Positions 1 through 13,727 of a stretch of 64,000 nt of DNA are shown here, in pieces. Positions within the stretch are counted from its first letter, which is position 1. Each line of letters begins with the position of its first letter. Under the pieces are notes generated by a model. That model was not told the DNA's origin, searched no databases, and was given only the letters and a program-made list of their open reading frames with translations. The translations under genes and the position numbers were made by a program. Source of the stretch: Macrostomum lignano (Eukaryota); NCBI GenBank assembly GCA_002269645.1, contig NIVC01001410.1, forward strand, positions 230,634 to 294,633, written 5' to 3'.

Positions 1-20
1 TGGACTACCGCTTGAACTCC

Positions 21-2925
21 CTCCCAGATCCTCAGTTGCTAGGCCAGCCTCCCAGATCCTCAGTTGCTAGGCCAGCCTCCCAGATCCTCAGTTGCTAGGC
101 CAGCCTCCCAGATCCTCAGCTTGAGCAGCCAGCCTCCCAGATCCACAGCTTGAGCAGCCGGTCTCCCAGATCCTCAGCTTGAGCAGCCAGCCTCCCAGAT
201 CCTCAGTTGCTGGGCCAGTCTCCCAGATCCTCAGCTTGAGCAGCCAGCCTCCCAGATCCTCAGCTTGAGCAGCCGGCCTCCCAGATCCTCAGCTTGAGCA
301 GCCAGCCTCCCAGATCCTCAGTTGCTGGGCTAGCCTCCCAGATCCTCAGCTTGAGCAGCCGGTCTCCCAGATCCTCAGCTTGAGCAGCCAGCCTCCCAGA
401 TCCTCAGCTTGAGCAGCCGGTCTCCCAGATCCTCAGCTTGAGCAGCCGGCCTCCCAGATCCTCAGTTGCTGGGCCAGTCTCCCAGATCCTCAGTTGCTAG
501 GCCAGCCTCCCAGATCCTCAGCTTGAGCAGCCAGCCTCCCAGATCCTCAGTTGCTGAGCCAGCCTCCCAGATCCTCAGTTGCTGGGCTAGCCTCCCAGAT
601 CCTCAGCTTGAGCAGCCGGTCTCCCAGATCCTCAGCTTGAGCAGCCAGCCTCCCAGATCCTCAGCTTGAGCAGCCGGTCTCCCAGATCCTCAGCTTGAGC
701 AGCCAGCCTCCCAGATCCTCAGTTGCTGGGCCAGTCTCCCAGATCCTCAGCTTGAGCAGCCGGCCTCCCAGATCCTCAGTTGCTGGGCCAGTCTCCCAGA
801 TCCTCAGCTTGAGCAGCCGGCCTCCCAGATCCTCAGCTTGAGCAGCCGGCCTCCCAGATCCTCAGCTTGAGCAGCCAGCCTCCCAGATCCTCAGTTGCTG
901 GGCTAGCCTCCCAGATCCTCAGCTTGAGCAGCCGGCCTCCCAGATCCTCAGTTGCTAGGCCAGCCTCCCAGATCCTCAGTTGCTAGGCCAGCCTCCCAGA
1001 TCCTCAGCTTGAGCAGCCAGCCTCCCAGATCCTCAGCTTGAGCAGCCGGTCTCCCAGATCCTCAGCTTGAGCAGCCGGCCTCCCAGATCCTCAGTTGCTG
1101 GGCCAGTCTCCCAGATCCTCAGCTTGAGCAGCCGGCCTCCCAGATCCTCAGTTGCTGGGCCAGTCTCCCAGATCCTCAGTTGCTGGGCCAGTCTCCCAGA
1201 TCCACAGCTTGAGCAGCCAGCCTCCCAGATCCTCAGTTGATGGGCCAGCCTCCCAGATCCTCAGCTTGAGCAGCCAGCCTCCCAGATCCTCAGTTGCAGG
1301 GCCAGTCTCCCAGATCCTCAGCTTGAGCAGCCAGCCTCCCAGATCCTCAGTTGCTGGGCCAGTCTCCCAGATCCACAGCTTGAGCAGCCAGCCTCCCAGA
1401 TCCTCAGTTGCTGGGCCAGCCTCCCAGATCCACAGCTTGAGCAGCCAGCCTCCCAGATCCTCAGTTGCTGAGCCAGTCTCCCAGATCCACAGCTTGAGCA
1501 GCCAGCCTCCCAGATCCTCAGTTGCTGGGCCAGTCTCCCAGATCCACAGCTTGAGCAGCCAGCCTCCCAGATCCTCAGTTGCTGGGCCAGTCTCCCAGAT
1601 CCTCAGTTGCTAGGCCAGCCTCCCAGATCCTCAGCTTGAGCAGCCAGCCTCCCAGATCCTCAGTTGCTGAGCCAGCCTCCCAGATCCTCAGTTGCTGGGC
1701 CAGTCTCCCAGATCCTCAGCTTGAGCAGCCGGCCTCCCAGATCCTCAGTTGCTGGGCCAGTCTCCCAGATCCTCAGCTTGAGCAGCCAGCCTCCCAGATC
1801 CTCAGTTGCTGGGCCAGTATCCCAGATCCTCAGTTGCTGGGCCAGTCTCCCAGATCCTCAGCTTGAGCAGCCAGCCTCCCAGATCCTCAGTTGCTGGGCC
1901 AGTCTCCCAGATCCTCAGCTTGAGCAGCCAGCCTCCCAGATCCTCAGTTGCTGGGCCAGTCTCCCAGATCCTCAGTTGCTGGGCCAGTCTCCCAGATCCA
2001 CAGCTTGAGCAGCCAGCCTCCCAGATCGTCAGTTGCTGGGCCAGCCTCCCAGATCCTCAGCTTGAGCAGCCAGCCTCCCAGATCCTCAGTTGCAGGGCCA
2101 GTCTCCCAGATCCACAGCTTGAGCAGCCAGCCTCCCAGATCCTCAGTTGCTGGGCCAGCCTCCCAGATCCTCAGCTTGAGCAGCCAGCCTCCCAGATCCT
2201 CAGTTGCTGGGCCAGTCTCCCAGATCCTCAGTTGCTGAGCCAGCCTCCCAGATCCTCAGCTTGAGCAGCCAGCCTCCCAGATCCTCAGTTGCTGGGCCAG
2301 TCTCCCAGATCCTCAGTTGCTGAGCCAGCCTCCCAGATCCTCAGCTTGAGCAGCCAGCCTCCCAGATCCTCAGTTGCTGGGCCAGTCTCCCAGATCCACA
2401 GCTTGAGCAGCCAGCCTCCCAGATCCTCAGCTTGAGCAGCCAGTCTCCCAGATCCTCAGTTGCTAGGCCAGCCTCCCAGATCCTCAGTTGCTGGGCCAGC
2501 CTCCCAGATCCTCAGCTTGAGCAGCCAGCCTCCCAGATCCTCAGTTGCTGAGCCAGTCTCCCAGATCCACAGCTTGAGCAGCCAGCCTCCCAGATCCTCA
2601 GTTGCTGAGCCAGTCTCCCAGATCCACAGCTTGAGCAGCCAGCCTCCCAGATCCTCAGTTGCTGGGCCAGTCTCCCAGATCCTCAGTTGCTGGGCCAGCC
2701 TCCCAGATCCTCAGTTGCTTGGCCAGTCTCCCAGATCCTCAGTTGCTGGGCCAGCCTCCCAGATCCTCAGCTTGAGCAGCCAGCCTCCCAGATCCTCAGT
2801 TGCTGAGCCAGCCTCCCAGATCCTCAGTTGCTTAGCCAGCCTCCTAGATCCTCAGCTTGAGCAGCCAGCCTCCCAGATCCTCAGTTGCTTAGCCAGCCTC
2901 CTAGATGCTCAGCTTGAGCAGCCAT
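21..2925. repeat. Minisatellite of interspersed 28-bp (CCCAGATCCTCAGTTGCTGGGCCAGYCT) and 29-bp (CCCAGATCCTCAGCTTGAGCAGCCAGCCT) units
   Basis: About 100 units read directly. The repetitive ORFs here ([10 protein letters not shown]...) are by-products of the periodicity. Confidence 0.97.
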
Positions 2926-3514
2926 GCAGCCTCCCACATGCAGACACGGTAATAAAGAAAATCGGCGCAGTTCACCGACTTCCTCAGCACCCATGCCGCT
3001 CAGCAACCGAAAATTCCCGTGAAAATGAACTATTACTGTATTTTGCAATGTAGCAACTTTGAGCAGACCAACTCAGTTAAAAGTGGACAATAACAATTAC
3101 TGCCTGCTATTCTAGTTCTATACACACATCTATACGCAGTGCTCTGCGCCATCAATCTAAGCTGCTGAGTAGATATTCACAGCAACAACGTCAATAATAA
3201 AATCTCTTACACCAACACCCCCTCCCCCCTAAAATTTTCGAGTCGGAGGTGCGGCCTCAGTTCTCAAAGTAAGCGGCACAATGGACCGCCATTAGGTGCG
3301 TGGCCCCACCCCCTGTTGCCAGTCGCAACGGGTAGGGGGTGAGCGAGAGAGCCCCAGTCAAGATCGTCTCTGTTTTGTTATTGCATTGAGAGAATGCTCA
3401 CCCGCCGCCTCTGTCTGTTTATATTTCAATCTGTTTATGCGCTCCGTTTCTGTGTCAGATTTGCGCCCGACTGCGAGACTTTACTGAGCATTCATATTTC
3501 TATACAGAAACCAA

Positions 3515-5412
3515 ATGGATTTGGCCAGCAGGCGTAAGAGTCAGGCAGTTGCGCCCATGATGGGCCTCATTGCTGCCAAGCGGATGTCACGCCACTGGGC
3601 GTCCCGGATAGGAGCCGGCCGGAACAGCTCCGTGATAGCGGCGCCCATAGTCAAGCTGGAGAACAGCTACCGGTGAGACTGGGGGCTCTGAGTCTCACCT
3701 GAGTCTCTCACCTGAGTCTCTCACACTTGAGTCTCTCACCTGAGTCTCTCACACCTGAGTCTCTCACCTGAGTCTCTCACACTTGAGTCTCTCACCTGAG
3801 TCTCTCACACTTGAGTCTCTCACCTGAGTCTCTCGCACTTGTATCTCTCACATAAGTCTCTCATCTGAGTGTCTCGCACTTGTATCTCTCACCTGAGTCT
3901 CTCACCTGAGTCTCTCACACTTGAGTCTCTCACCTGAGTTTCTCACACTTGAGTCTCTCACCTGAGTCTCTCGCACTTGTATCTCTCACATAAGTCTCTC
4001 ACCTGAGTGTCTCGCACTTGTATCTCTCACATGAGTCTCTCACCTGAGTATCTCACACTTGTGTCTCTCACATGAGTCTCTCACCTGAGTCTCTCACACT
4101 TGAGTCTCTCGCACTTGTATCTCTCACATAAGTCTCTCACCTGAGTGTCTCGCACTTGTATCTCTCACATGAGTCTCTCACCTGAGTATCTCACACTTGT
4201 GTCTCTCACATGAGTCTCTCACCTGAGTCTCTCACACTTGAGTCTCTCACCTGAGTCTCTCACAGTCGAGTCGCTCACACTTGTGTCTCTCACCTGAGTC
4301 TCTCGCACTTGTGTCTCTCACCTGAGTCTCTCGCACTTGTGTCTCTCACCTGAGTCTCTCGCACTTGTGTCTCTCACCTGAGTCTCTCACACTTGTGTCT
4401 CTCACCTGAGTCTCTCGCACTTGTGTCTCTCACCTGAGTCTCTCGCACTTGTGTCTCTCACCTGAGTCTCTCGCACTTGTGTCTCTCACCTGAGTCTCTC
4501 ACACTTGTGTCTCTCACCTGAGTCTCTCGCACTTGTGTCTCTCACCTGAGTCTCTCGCACTTGTGTCTCTCACCTGAGTCTCTCGCACTTGTATGTCTCA
4601 CATGAGTCTCTCACCTGAGTCTCTCACCTGAGTCTCTCACCTGAGTCTCTCACCCGAGTCTCTCACACTTGTATCTCTCACCTGAGTCTCTCACAGCTGA
4701 GTCTCTCACCTGAGTCTCTCACCTGAGTCTCTCACCTGAGTCTCTCACCCGAGTCTCTCACACTTGTATCTCTCACCTGAGTCTCTCACAGCTGAGTCTC
4801 TCACCTGAGTCTCTCACCTGAGTCTCTCACCTGAGTCTCTCACCTGAGTCTCTCACCTGAGTCTCTCACCCGAGTCTCTCACACTTGTATCTCTCACCTG
4901 AGTCTCTCACAGCTGAGTCTCTCACCTGAGTCTCTCACCTGTGTCACTCTTTCGCACCCTACGTCTCTTCCATGCATCTCACCCACAACTCATCTGTATC
5001 TCTTATCGATATCTCACTTTCGCCTTTTCTATCAATGCACTCCCAATGCAAACATTAAAACACCCCTCTCAGCTTGGAGCCAAAGGCAAAGTTTGACGTC
5101 AAAGCTGCCAGGGACATCGTCCAAGAGCTACTAGCGGAGCACCTGGACGACGCGGCGCCGTACAACCCGAGGACGGCCGTGATGCTGACCAAAACCCTGA
5201 CCGACTCCATCAAGAACAGGCTAAAGGGCGACATGTACTTTGACCGCTATCGACTCATTGTCTACGTGACGATCAGCGAGAAACGCGACCAGTCCATGGT
5301 GGTCTCCAGCAGGTGCATCTGGAATGACAGGTTCGACACCTCCGTGACAGCCTCGCACTGCGGCAAGACGATGGCCTGCGTTGCCACGGTGTTCGCGGTG
5401 TCTCTGGAGTAG
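3515..5412 (+). CDS. Tctex-1 domain dynein light chain (TCTEX1D/DYNLT-like), 165 aa, 2 exons: 3515-3672, 5073-5412
   Basis: Exon 1 (MDLASRRKSQ...VKLENSY) ends at CG|GTGAGA. Acceptor CCCCTCTCAG|C joins in phase 2 to give ...ENSYRLEPKAKF..., then RYRLIVYVTISEK...SRCIWNDRFD...VATVFAVSLE*, typical Tctex-1 family motifs. Confidence 0.9.
3690..4945. repeat. Intronic minisatellite of 13-bp (CACCTGAGTCTCT) and 15-bp (CRCACTTGWGTCTCT) units
   Basis: Fills about 90% of the Tctex intron (3673-5072). Confidence 0.95.
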
Positions 5413-6639
5413 CCCCGCTGTGCTGGGCCAAGGCGCTGTACATATCCTACGTATAGTCTTTGTTACAACGACGTATTTTTTACCCATTGATATTGACTGC
5501 TCGACAGAGTCGAAAGTTGTTATTAAATTTCTAATACATTTTCTTCGTAAGATAAGGCATATTCTTGGAAGCTCTCTGCTTTTGGGAATTTATTCGAAGT
5601 TAGACCTTTCGGCCTTCAAAAATTTTGGATAGCCAATGAGGCCAGAAAGAATTGACTTACCTTATCTTCTTTCAGCAGCAACTGCAGTAACCGACAAACA
5701 CTTTATTGGTAAGAGTTTCCTAGCTCTCTCCTCTCTGCCCCTCTTCTCTTTTCCCCTCTCTCTTCCCCTCTCCTCCCCTTCTCCTCCCTTCCCCTCTCCT
5801 CTCTTCCCCTCACACACCTCAGCTACCTTCCAGCCTTAGAGACACGCACATCTATAGTGCGTATTGAACTCTCTCTCTGGCTTTGGCCCGACTGACTCTT
5901 TTAGTCCGTTTGGCCACTCGCGAGCCATCCAGCCTGCAAGCCATGCCTCATAGCTGCCCTGCCCTCCTTGTTTCCGTTCCGCCATGCGGCCATTCGCTCT
6001 CTGCCTTGGGCGCACCTGCTCCCCCTTCATCCATCTCTATTTTCCCCACAACCTTTCATTCCATAAAGTGTTTACTCTGAAGCCCCCAGACTGCCGTCCC
6101 CCTGCATGTGGCTGCCCTGCAATCTGCTGTCCTGCGCTTGTCATTATCAGTGCCACTGGACCTAATCAGGGCTCTTAGCGACAATTCACCTCTTAAGCTC
6201 CTCGGGAGCCACCTCAAGCAGCTCTGTGGCAAATTAATGATTTCCCCAATTTGAAGAGATTCAAAAAAGTTCCTATTTAGCTGCGATTGAATTTCACAGT
6301 CAACAGAGAGAAGATACTGAGCGCCATTGCGCTTCATCTGATCGCCAGCTTCCTTGGCGGATGGCTCCTCGGTGTCATTTTTGTCAACTCAATTTGCCAC
6401 CAGGACACGGAAAGAAGAGAGAGAGAGAGAGAGGAGGAATGGGCGCGGACCTGATCAAAGAGGCTGCCGCCGGAAGGGAGTCGAACAGACTTTAATTATT
6501 CTAATTGGCCGCTGCCGCTATCTCAGGTGCACACAGGAGTCAGATATACAGCACCAAGGCTTCGGATTTGATCAGGATTGCTTCTCGGGAATAAAAGTGC
6601 ATCTGAGGGAGACACAAGTCAGGAAAAGCGAAGGCAGAG

Positions 6640-6935
6640 GGTTCTGTCCGAGGATCTCTCTGATATTTCCGAGATCTCTGTTTGTGTCCGAGGACCTCTG
6701 ATTATGTCCGAGGATCTCTCTGATATGTCCGAGATATCTGTTTGTGTCCGAATCTCTGTTTGTGTCCGAGGACCTCTGATTATGTCCGAGGATCTCGCTG
6801 ATAGTGTCTGAGGATCTCCTGATTGTGTCCGAGTTCTCTGATTGTGTCCGAGTTCTCTGATTGTGTCCGAGTTCTCTGATTGTGTCCGAGTTCTCTGATT
6901 GTGTCCGAGAACCTCTCTGATTGTGTCCGAGGATC
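6640..6935. repeat. Degenerate ~19-bp minisatellite (TTGTGTCCGAGTTCTCTGA)
   Basis: Near-perfect units at about 6820-6910, degenerate at the edges. Confidence 0.85.
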
Positions 6936-7347
6936 TTTGTTTGTTTGATTATTTCTCTCGGATTTCTTCCGATAATCTTTTTGATTTTGTCCAAGGAAAG
7001 CAAATCAACACGCAGTGCAAATACACAAGAAATGCCGTTTTCCTTGACCCCTAGTAACTTCCCACCTTGTGCAAATACTTTTTCAACAAAAAACTGACGG
7101 TAAAAGGCACAATTAATGGGAATTCCGTCAGCCGAAAAAAAACATATTGCTCAACCCTTGGCTGATTCCTGCCCAGTGCCACCTGCATTGAAATTGCCTA
7201 TTCTGATGGGAGAAGCTGAGATTGGCGATGCGTGAATGAAAAATTGAGCGCCAACTCTTGGATAGCGGCGTCGTGGATTTGGGACAGCAAGACGACAGAC
7301 GGGTAAACACCAGGACAGAGAGAAAGTCACGAAGATAGGCAGACGGG

Positions 7348-7839
<492 letters not shown>

Positions 7840-8652
7840 TACCGCTGTCTGTGTGTTTAGCGGGACCAGAGTTTTGTTAATGCATTAGGTGGACCACCTA
7901 GTTTCCTTATAAAACCGGTGTCTTTTGTCTCTACACGAAAAGTTAGCGTGGGTTGTCTTTCAGTTTAGCCTGCAGATTAGCCATCTCGTGGAAACTGCAT
8001 GTCACTTTCAACTGGGATAGCTGGACCAGCCCGGACCTGTTTTAGGTGGACCTTCAAAAAGACACCGTTTAGGTGGACCATCATTTATTTAGCAGAGTAC
8101 TGGGATTATTATCGACCCAGTACTGTTAAGCACGAGAAACAACACTTAAAGTCACGTGACAGAAGTCCCAAATACAAAATATGTAATAAAGTGAAAATAA
8201 TGCATTCAGTTCTACTTTGCGCCGGACTCAAGAACCGATCATCCCCATTGAAAACAAATGAATCAAATGCAACTAATTTTTAGACCGAGAAAAATAGTTA
8301 CAAGTGCAAATTAACGGCCAAGCAAAAGTTTAAATAGCAAAAAGTCATATTTGTTTTTCACTAGAATAATGATAAACATAAAGAAACACACTTAACGTCC
8401 CAAATATGTGCCAAAAGGCAAGTAGATTGACGACGATATAATTAATAAATACATTTGCCTAATAAATTTCACGTATTACAATAGAACAACTTTCCACTCA
8501 ATTTTTGAAAAATGAAAAAAGTTTTAACGGACGGACAAGACATGTTACGACGGATAGCGGAATCATCTCACAGAAAGCCACAAGCTGTCGCAGTCAATAT
8601 CATCATAAACAAACTTTTGCGGTTGAGCACAAAAAATCGTCTTCATTTTGCC

Positions 8653-9302
8653 GGAGTTGCTTGCGTCACTCGTCTGCATCAAAGCTGACTTGCCGTCTCC
8701 AGACTGGGCCTGTCAAATTTGGCATTTATACGAGAATTAAGGATTGACAGTTTACAACTGATATTCTACTGAGACTTTGAAACAGACTGGCATATTGGTG
8801 TCAGTACAGTCTGTAGGTTAGCTGGACCTTCAACAGACTTAGCTCTTCAACAGACTGGCTCTGTGGCGTCAGTACAGTCTGTAGGTTAGCTGGACCAGTT
8901 CAATTAGAATAGGATAAGCCAAATCTGAACACTTTTGCAGCAAGCTCACCACAGTAGATTCAATCTCGTCCTATGACTGAACTGCGATGAGGCAACACGT
9001 CTGTACACCGGACTACCAGCGTCTCAGGTGCCTCAGCCGACTTCTTACAAGTGTCCAGACGTGAGGTGTCAGCCTATAGTCGACTTAAAGGCTCCTGGCC
9101 TTTAAAGTCTTGGTCGATATCTTGCTGGAGTTGCTTGCGTCACTCGTCTGCATCAAAGCTGACTTGCCGTCTCCAGACTGGGCCTGTCAAATTTGGCATT
9201 TATATGAGAATTCAGGATTGACAGTTTACAACTGATATTCTACTGAGACTTTGAAACAGACTGGCATATTGGTGTCAGTACAGTCTGTAGGTTAGCTGGA
9301 CC
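8653..9302. repeat. 176-bp direct repeat pair (8653-8828 and 9127-9302)
   Basis: GGAGTTGCTTGCGTCACTCG...GTAGGTTAGCTGGACC occurs twice with few mismatches. The second copy runs into the 88-bp array. Confidence 0.9.
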
Positions 9303-11855
9303 ACCTGGACTTGAATTCCACCTCCTATTGGTGAGGCTCTAAAACAGACTGGATCAGTTGCGTCAGTGCAGTCTGTAGGTTAGCTGGACCTCCTGGACTT
9401 GAATTCCACCTCCTATTGGTGAGGCTCTAAAACAGACTGGCTCAGTTGCGTCAGTGCAGTCTGTAGGTTAGCTGGACCACCTGGACTTGAATTCCACCTC
9501 CTATTGGTGAGGCTCTAAAACAGACTGGCTCAGTTGCGTCAGTGCAGTCTGTAGGTTAGCTGGACCTCCTAAACTTGAATTCCACCTCCCATCTGTGAGG
9601 CTCTTAAACAGACTGGATCAGTTGCGTCAGTACAGTCTGTAGGTTAGCTGGACCTCCTGGACTTGAATTCCACCTCCTATTGGTGAGGCTCTTCAACAGA
9701 CTGGATCAGTTGCGTCAGTGCAGTCTGTAGGTTAGCTGGACCTCCTGGACTTGAATTCCACCTCCTATTGGTGAGGCTCTTCAACAGACTGGATCAGTTG
9801 CGTCAGTACAGTCTGTAGGTTAGCTGGACCTCCTGGACTTGAATTCCACCTCCTATTGGTGAGGCTCTAAAACAGACTGGATCAGTTGCGTCAGTGCAGT
9901 CTGTAGGTTAGCTGGACCTCCTGGACTTGAATTCCACCTCCTATTGGTGAGGCTCTTCAACAGACTGGATCAGTTGCGTCAGTGCAGTCTGTAGGTTAGC
10001 TGGACCTCCTGGACTTGAATTCCACCTCCTATTGGTGAGGCTCTTCAACAGACTGGATCAGTTGCGTCAGTGCAGTCTGTAGGTTAGCTGGACCTCCTGG
10101 ACTTGAATTCCACCTCCTATTGGTGAGGCTCTTCAACAGACTGGATCAGTTGCGTCAGTACAGTCTGTAGGTTAGCTGGACCTCCTGGACTTGAATTCCA
10201 CCTCCTATTGGTGAGGCTCTAAAACAGACTGGCTCAGTTGCGTCAGTGCAGTCTGTAGGTTAGCTGGACCTCCTGGACTTGAATTCCACCTCCTATTGGT
10301 GAGGCTCTTCAACAGACTGGATCAGTTGCGTCAGTGCAGTCTGTAGGTTAGCTGGACCTCCTGGACTTGAATTCCACCTCCTATTGGTGAGGCTCTAAAA
10401 CAGACTGGATCAGTTGCGTCAGTGCAGTCTGTAGGTTAGATGGACCACCTAAACTTGAATTCCACCTCCCATCTGTAAGGCTCTTAAACAGACTGGCTCA
10501 GTTGCGTCAGTGCAGTCTGTAGGTTAGCTGGACCTCCTGGACTTGAATTCCACCTCCTATTGGTGAGGCTCTAAAACAGACTGGATCAGTTGCGTCAGTG
10601 CAGTCTGTAGGTTAGCTGGACCTCCTGGACTTGAATTCCACCTCCTATTGGTGAGGCTCTAAAACAGACTGGATCAGTTGCGTCAGTGCAGTCTGTAGGT
10701 TAGATGGACCACCTAAACTTGAATTCCACCTCCCATCTGTAAGGCTCTTAAACAGACTGGCTCAGTTGCGTCAGTGCAGTCTGTAGGTTAGATGGACCAC
10801 CTAAACTTGAATTCCACCTCCCATCTGTGAGGCTCTTAAACAGACTGGCTCAGTTGCGTCAGTGCAGTCTGTAGGTTAGCTGGACCTCCTGGACTTGAAT
10901 TCCACCTCCTATTGGTGAGGCTCTTCAACAGACTGGATCAGTTGCGTCAGTGCAGTCTGTAGGTTAGCTGGACCTCCTGGACTTGAATTCCACCTCCTAT
11001 TGGTGAGGCTCTTCAACAGACTGGATCAGTTGCGTCAGTGCAGTCTGTAGGTTAGCTGGACCTCCTGGACTTGAATTCCACCTCCTATTGGTGAGGCTCT
11101 TCAACAGACTGGATCAGTTGCGTCAGTACAGTCTGTAGGTTAGCTGGACCTCCTGGACTTGAATTCCACCTCCTATTGGTGAGGCTCTAAAACAGACTGG
11201 CTCAGTTGCGTCAGTGCAGTCTGTAGGTTAGCTGGACCTCCTGGACTTGAATTCCACCTCCTATTGGTGAGGCTCTTCAACAGACTGGATCAGTTGCGTC
11301 AGTGCAGTCTGTAGGTTAGCTGGACCTCCTGGACTTGAATTCCACCTCCTATTGGTGAGGCTCTAAAACAGACTGGATCAGTTGCGTCAGTGCAGTCTGT
11401 AGGTTAGATGGACCACCTAAACTTGAATTCCACCTCCCATCTGTAAGGCTCTTAAACAGACTGGCTCAGTTGCGTCAGTGCAGTCTGTAGGTTAGCTGGA
11501 CCTCCTGGACTTGAATTCCACCTCCTATTGGTGAGGCTCTAAAACAGACTGGATCAGTTGCGTCAGTGCAGTCTGTAGGTTAGCTGGACCTCCTGGACTT
11601 GAATTCCACCTCCTATTGGTGAGGCTCTAAAACAGACTGGATCAGTTGCGTCAGTGCAGTCTGTAGGTTAGATGGACCACCTAAACTTGAATTCCACCTC
11701 CCATCTGTAAGGCTCTTAAACAGACTGGCTCAGTTGCGTCAGTGCAGTCTGTAGGTTAGATGGACCACCTAAACTTGAATTCCACCTCCCATCTGTGAGG
11801 CTCTTAAACAGACTGGCTCAGTTGCGTCAGTACAGTCTGTAGGTTAGCTGGACCA
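9280..11855. repeat. 88-bp satellite (~29 copies) with a 968-bp (11-mer) higher-order duplication
   Basis: Period of 88 (9361 vs 9449). Variant-B units at 10441/10705 recur at 11409/11673 (+968). Confidence 0.95.
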
Positions 11856-13035
11856 GCTTAAGTTGTATGTGCACCGATTTGCTTACCTGGTAGATTTTGC
11901 TTTTTGGTCTGGCAGGAAAACATATTTCTGAAATTTTGATTGAGTAGGTTCTTATTGAGGCTCTTTACTAAAGTTAATCATTTTTTCATCCTAAATAACA
12001 CTTCGTTTTGGTACTTACTGCAATTTCAATGCAATTTTTCAAAAACGTCGTCGAAAACATTTTTCACTGGCTCCCAAGTATTGTTAGATCTAAAAGTCGT
12101 GTGTTGTTTTATTAGCTACGTAGTAATCCAAAGGCTTGGTTTTACTAGAGAATTAGAACGCGAGGAAGTCAATCTTTTAAATTGAATCTTTTCATTTTAT
12201 GCTTACCTTAGGTATCCAGTCCACTTGATGTAACATCTGTTACTGTTGCACCTCTCCGGGACTCTGTGTTATTGGGATATCTCCTGCGAGACATTCGTGT
12301 CTTCTCGTGTATTGACTATTGACAGTTCAGTTGAATGTTTCAGTCTATCCGAGAAATTAGGTGGTCCATGTAAGCCTGTTTTAGCTAGACCAAAGGTTTT
12401 CACTTTTATAGCTCTGCCCCTCTCTGACTCGTTTAGTCGACGGACTGTCTGTCCCTTGGACTGTTCCTATTGGCTGGCATTCTCAGTAAGGGTGGTCCGA
12501 TTTTTACCAACCTCTCCGAAATCAGTCCTTAACCAATGCAGCTCTAGTCTGTGTGAATGTGCTGTGCGCTTCGAGTTTCGTTTACATGGACCTCAACAGA
12601 CGATTTGATGTGCGTGCAACTGTGTTTAGTGGGACCCAGGGTAAACTAAAATGAAAAATATCAGACCTTCGCTTTGAGCTTGGTTTGGTGCTTCCCCACC
12701 CCTAAACAGGGATCTGAGAGCAGAACCCTCTTCTCAAGGCCGAAACTCTCCACCAGGATTATTTCTTATTGTGGTTCGACACTTTTATAAATATCAAATA
12801 TCAAAAGGAATCTAAAAGAAGGAAAGTCGATAGGCCTATAGGATACAATATCCATTTAAACTACTATCAGCAGCTAACGTGATAAAGGAACCGTCATTCG
12901 AATATTTTTCGGGCACAAAACCGTGGGAAGGCTTTGAAGAAAGCTCAACAAAGCCGTGTGTGCCTAATTTAAGATCACGGAAATTAAATATATTACTTTT
13001 TTGGCGTAAAAGATGTTGTAAAAAGGTAAATTGCC

Positions 13036-13093
13036 AACAGACTGAAACAGACTGAAACAGACTGAAACAGACTGAAACAGACTGCAACAGACA
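13036..13093. repeat. 10-bp tandem repeat (AACAGACTGA)
   Basis: About 5-6 copies. Shares AACAGACTG with the 88-bp unit. Confidence 0.85.
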
Positions 13094-13400
13094 AATTCAG
13101 AAATTTTCATTGACAATTTTTGTTTAGCTGGACCTTTCAGACCCGGTTTAGGTGGACATCGCAAAAAGTCCATGTAAACTGAAATGCATTTTTTCTGAAC
13201 ATGAATGCCGATGAATGTTGCGCTTTGCGGCACTCATTCCTGACATCCATTGCTCTGTTTTGTCGTCCTTATAAACCACTCAACGTTGTCTGGAGCAAAA
13301 ATATTCGGTGGTCCACCTACGCTGTCCACCTAAACCGAAAGGTCCAGCTAATGCGGCAACTGAACCGACGAAAGGTCCAAGTAAACACACAGACAGTAAC

Positions 13401-13727
<327 letters not shown>

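Larger units (their letters stand above)
7845..13396. mobile_element. Putative non-autonomous TIR DNA element inserted in a (GACA)n array
   Basis: Left end CTGTCTGTGTGTTTAGCGGGACC (from 7845) matches the reverse complement of right end GGTCCAAGTAAACACACAGACAG (to 13396). A second matching block GCATTAG[G/C]TGGACC lies further in. Subterminal TAG[G/C]TGGACC motifs are repeated at both ends, and (GACA)n flanks both sides. No transposase ORF and no clear TSD. Confidence 0.6.

Noticed and set aside
466-3053. Multiple overlapping repetitive ORFs ([10 protein letters not shown]..., WASLPDPQL...)
   Set aside because: They are products of the 28/29-bp periodicity, with non-ATG starts and no domain or splice support.
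9280-11855. CRISPR-like array (regular period, hairpin-containing repeat)
   Set aside because: The units are near-identical along their whole length with no unique spacers, there are no cas genes, and the context is eukaryotic.
11940-12608. Possible transposase inside the GACA-flanked element
   Set aside because: The frames examined on both strands are short, with no recognisable DDE motif.
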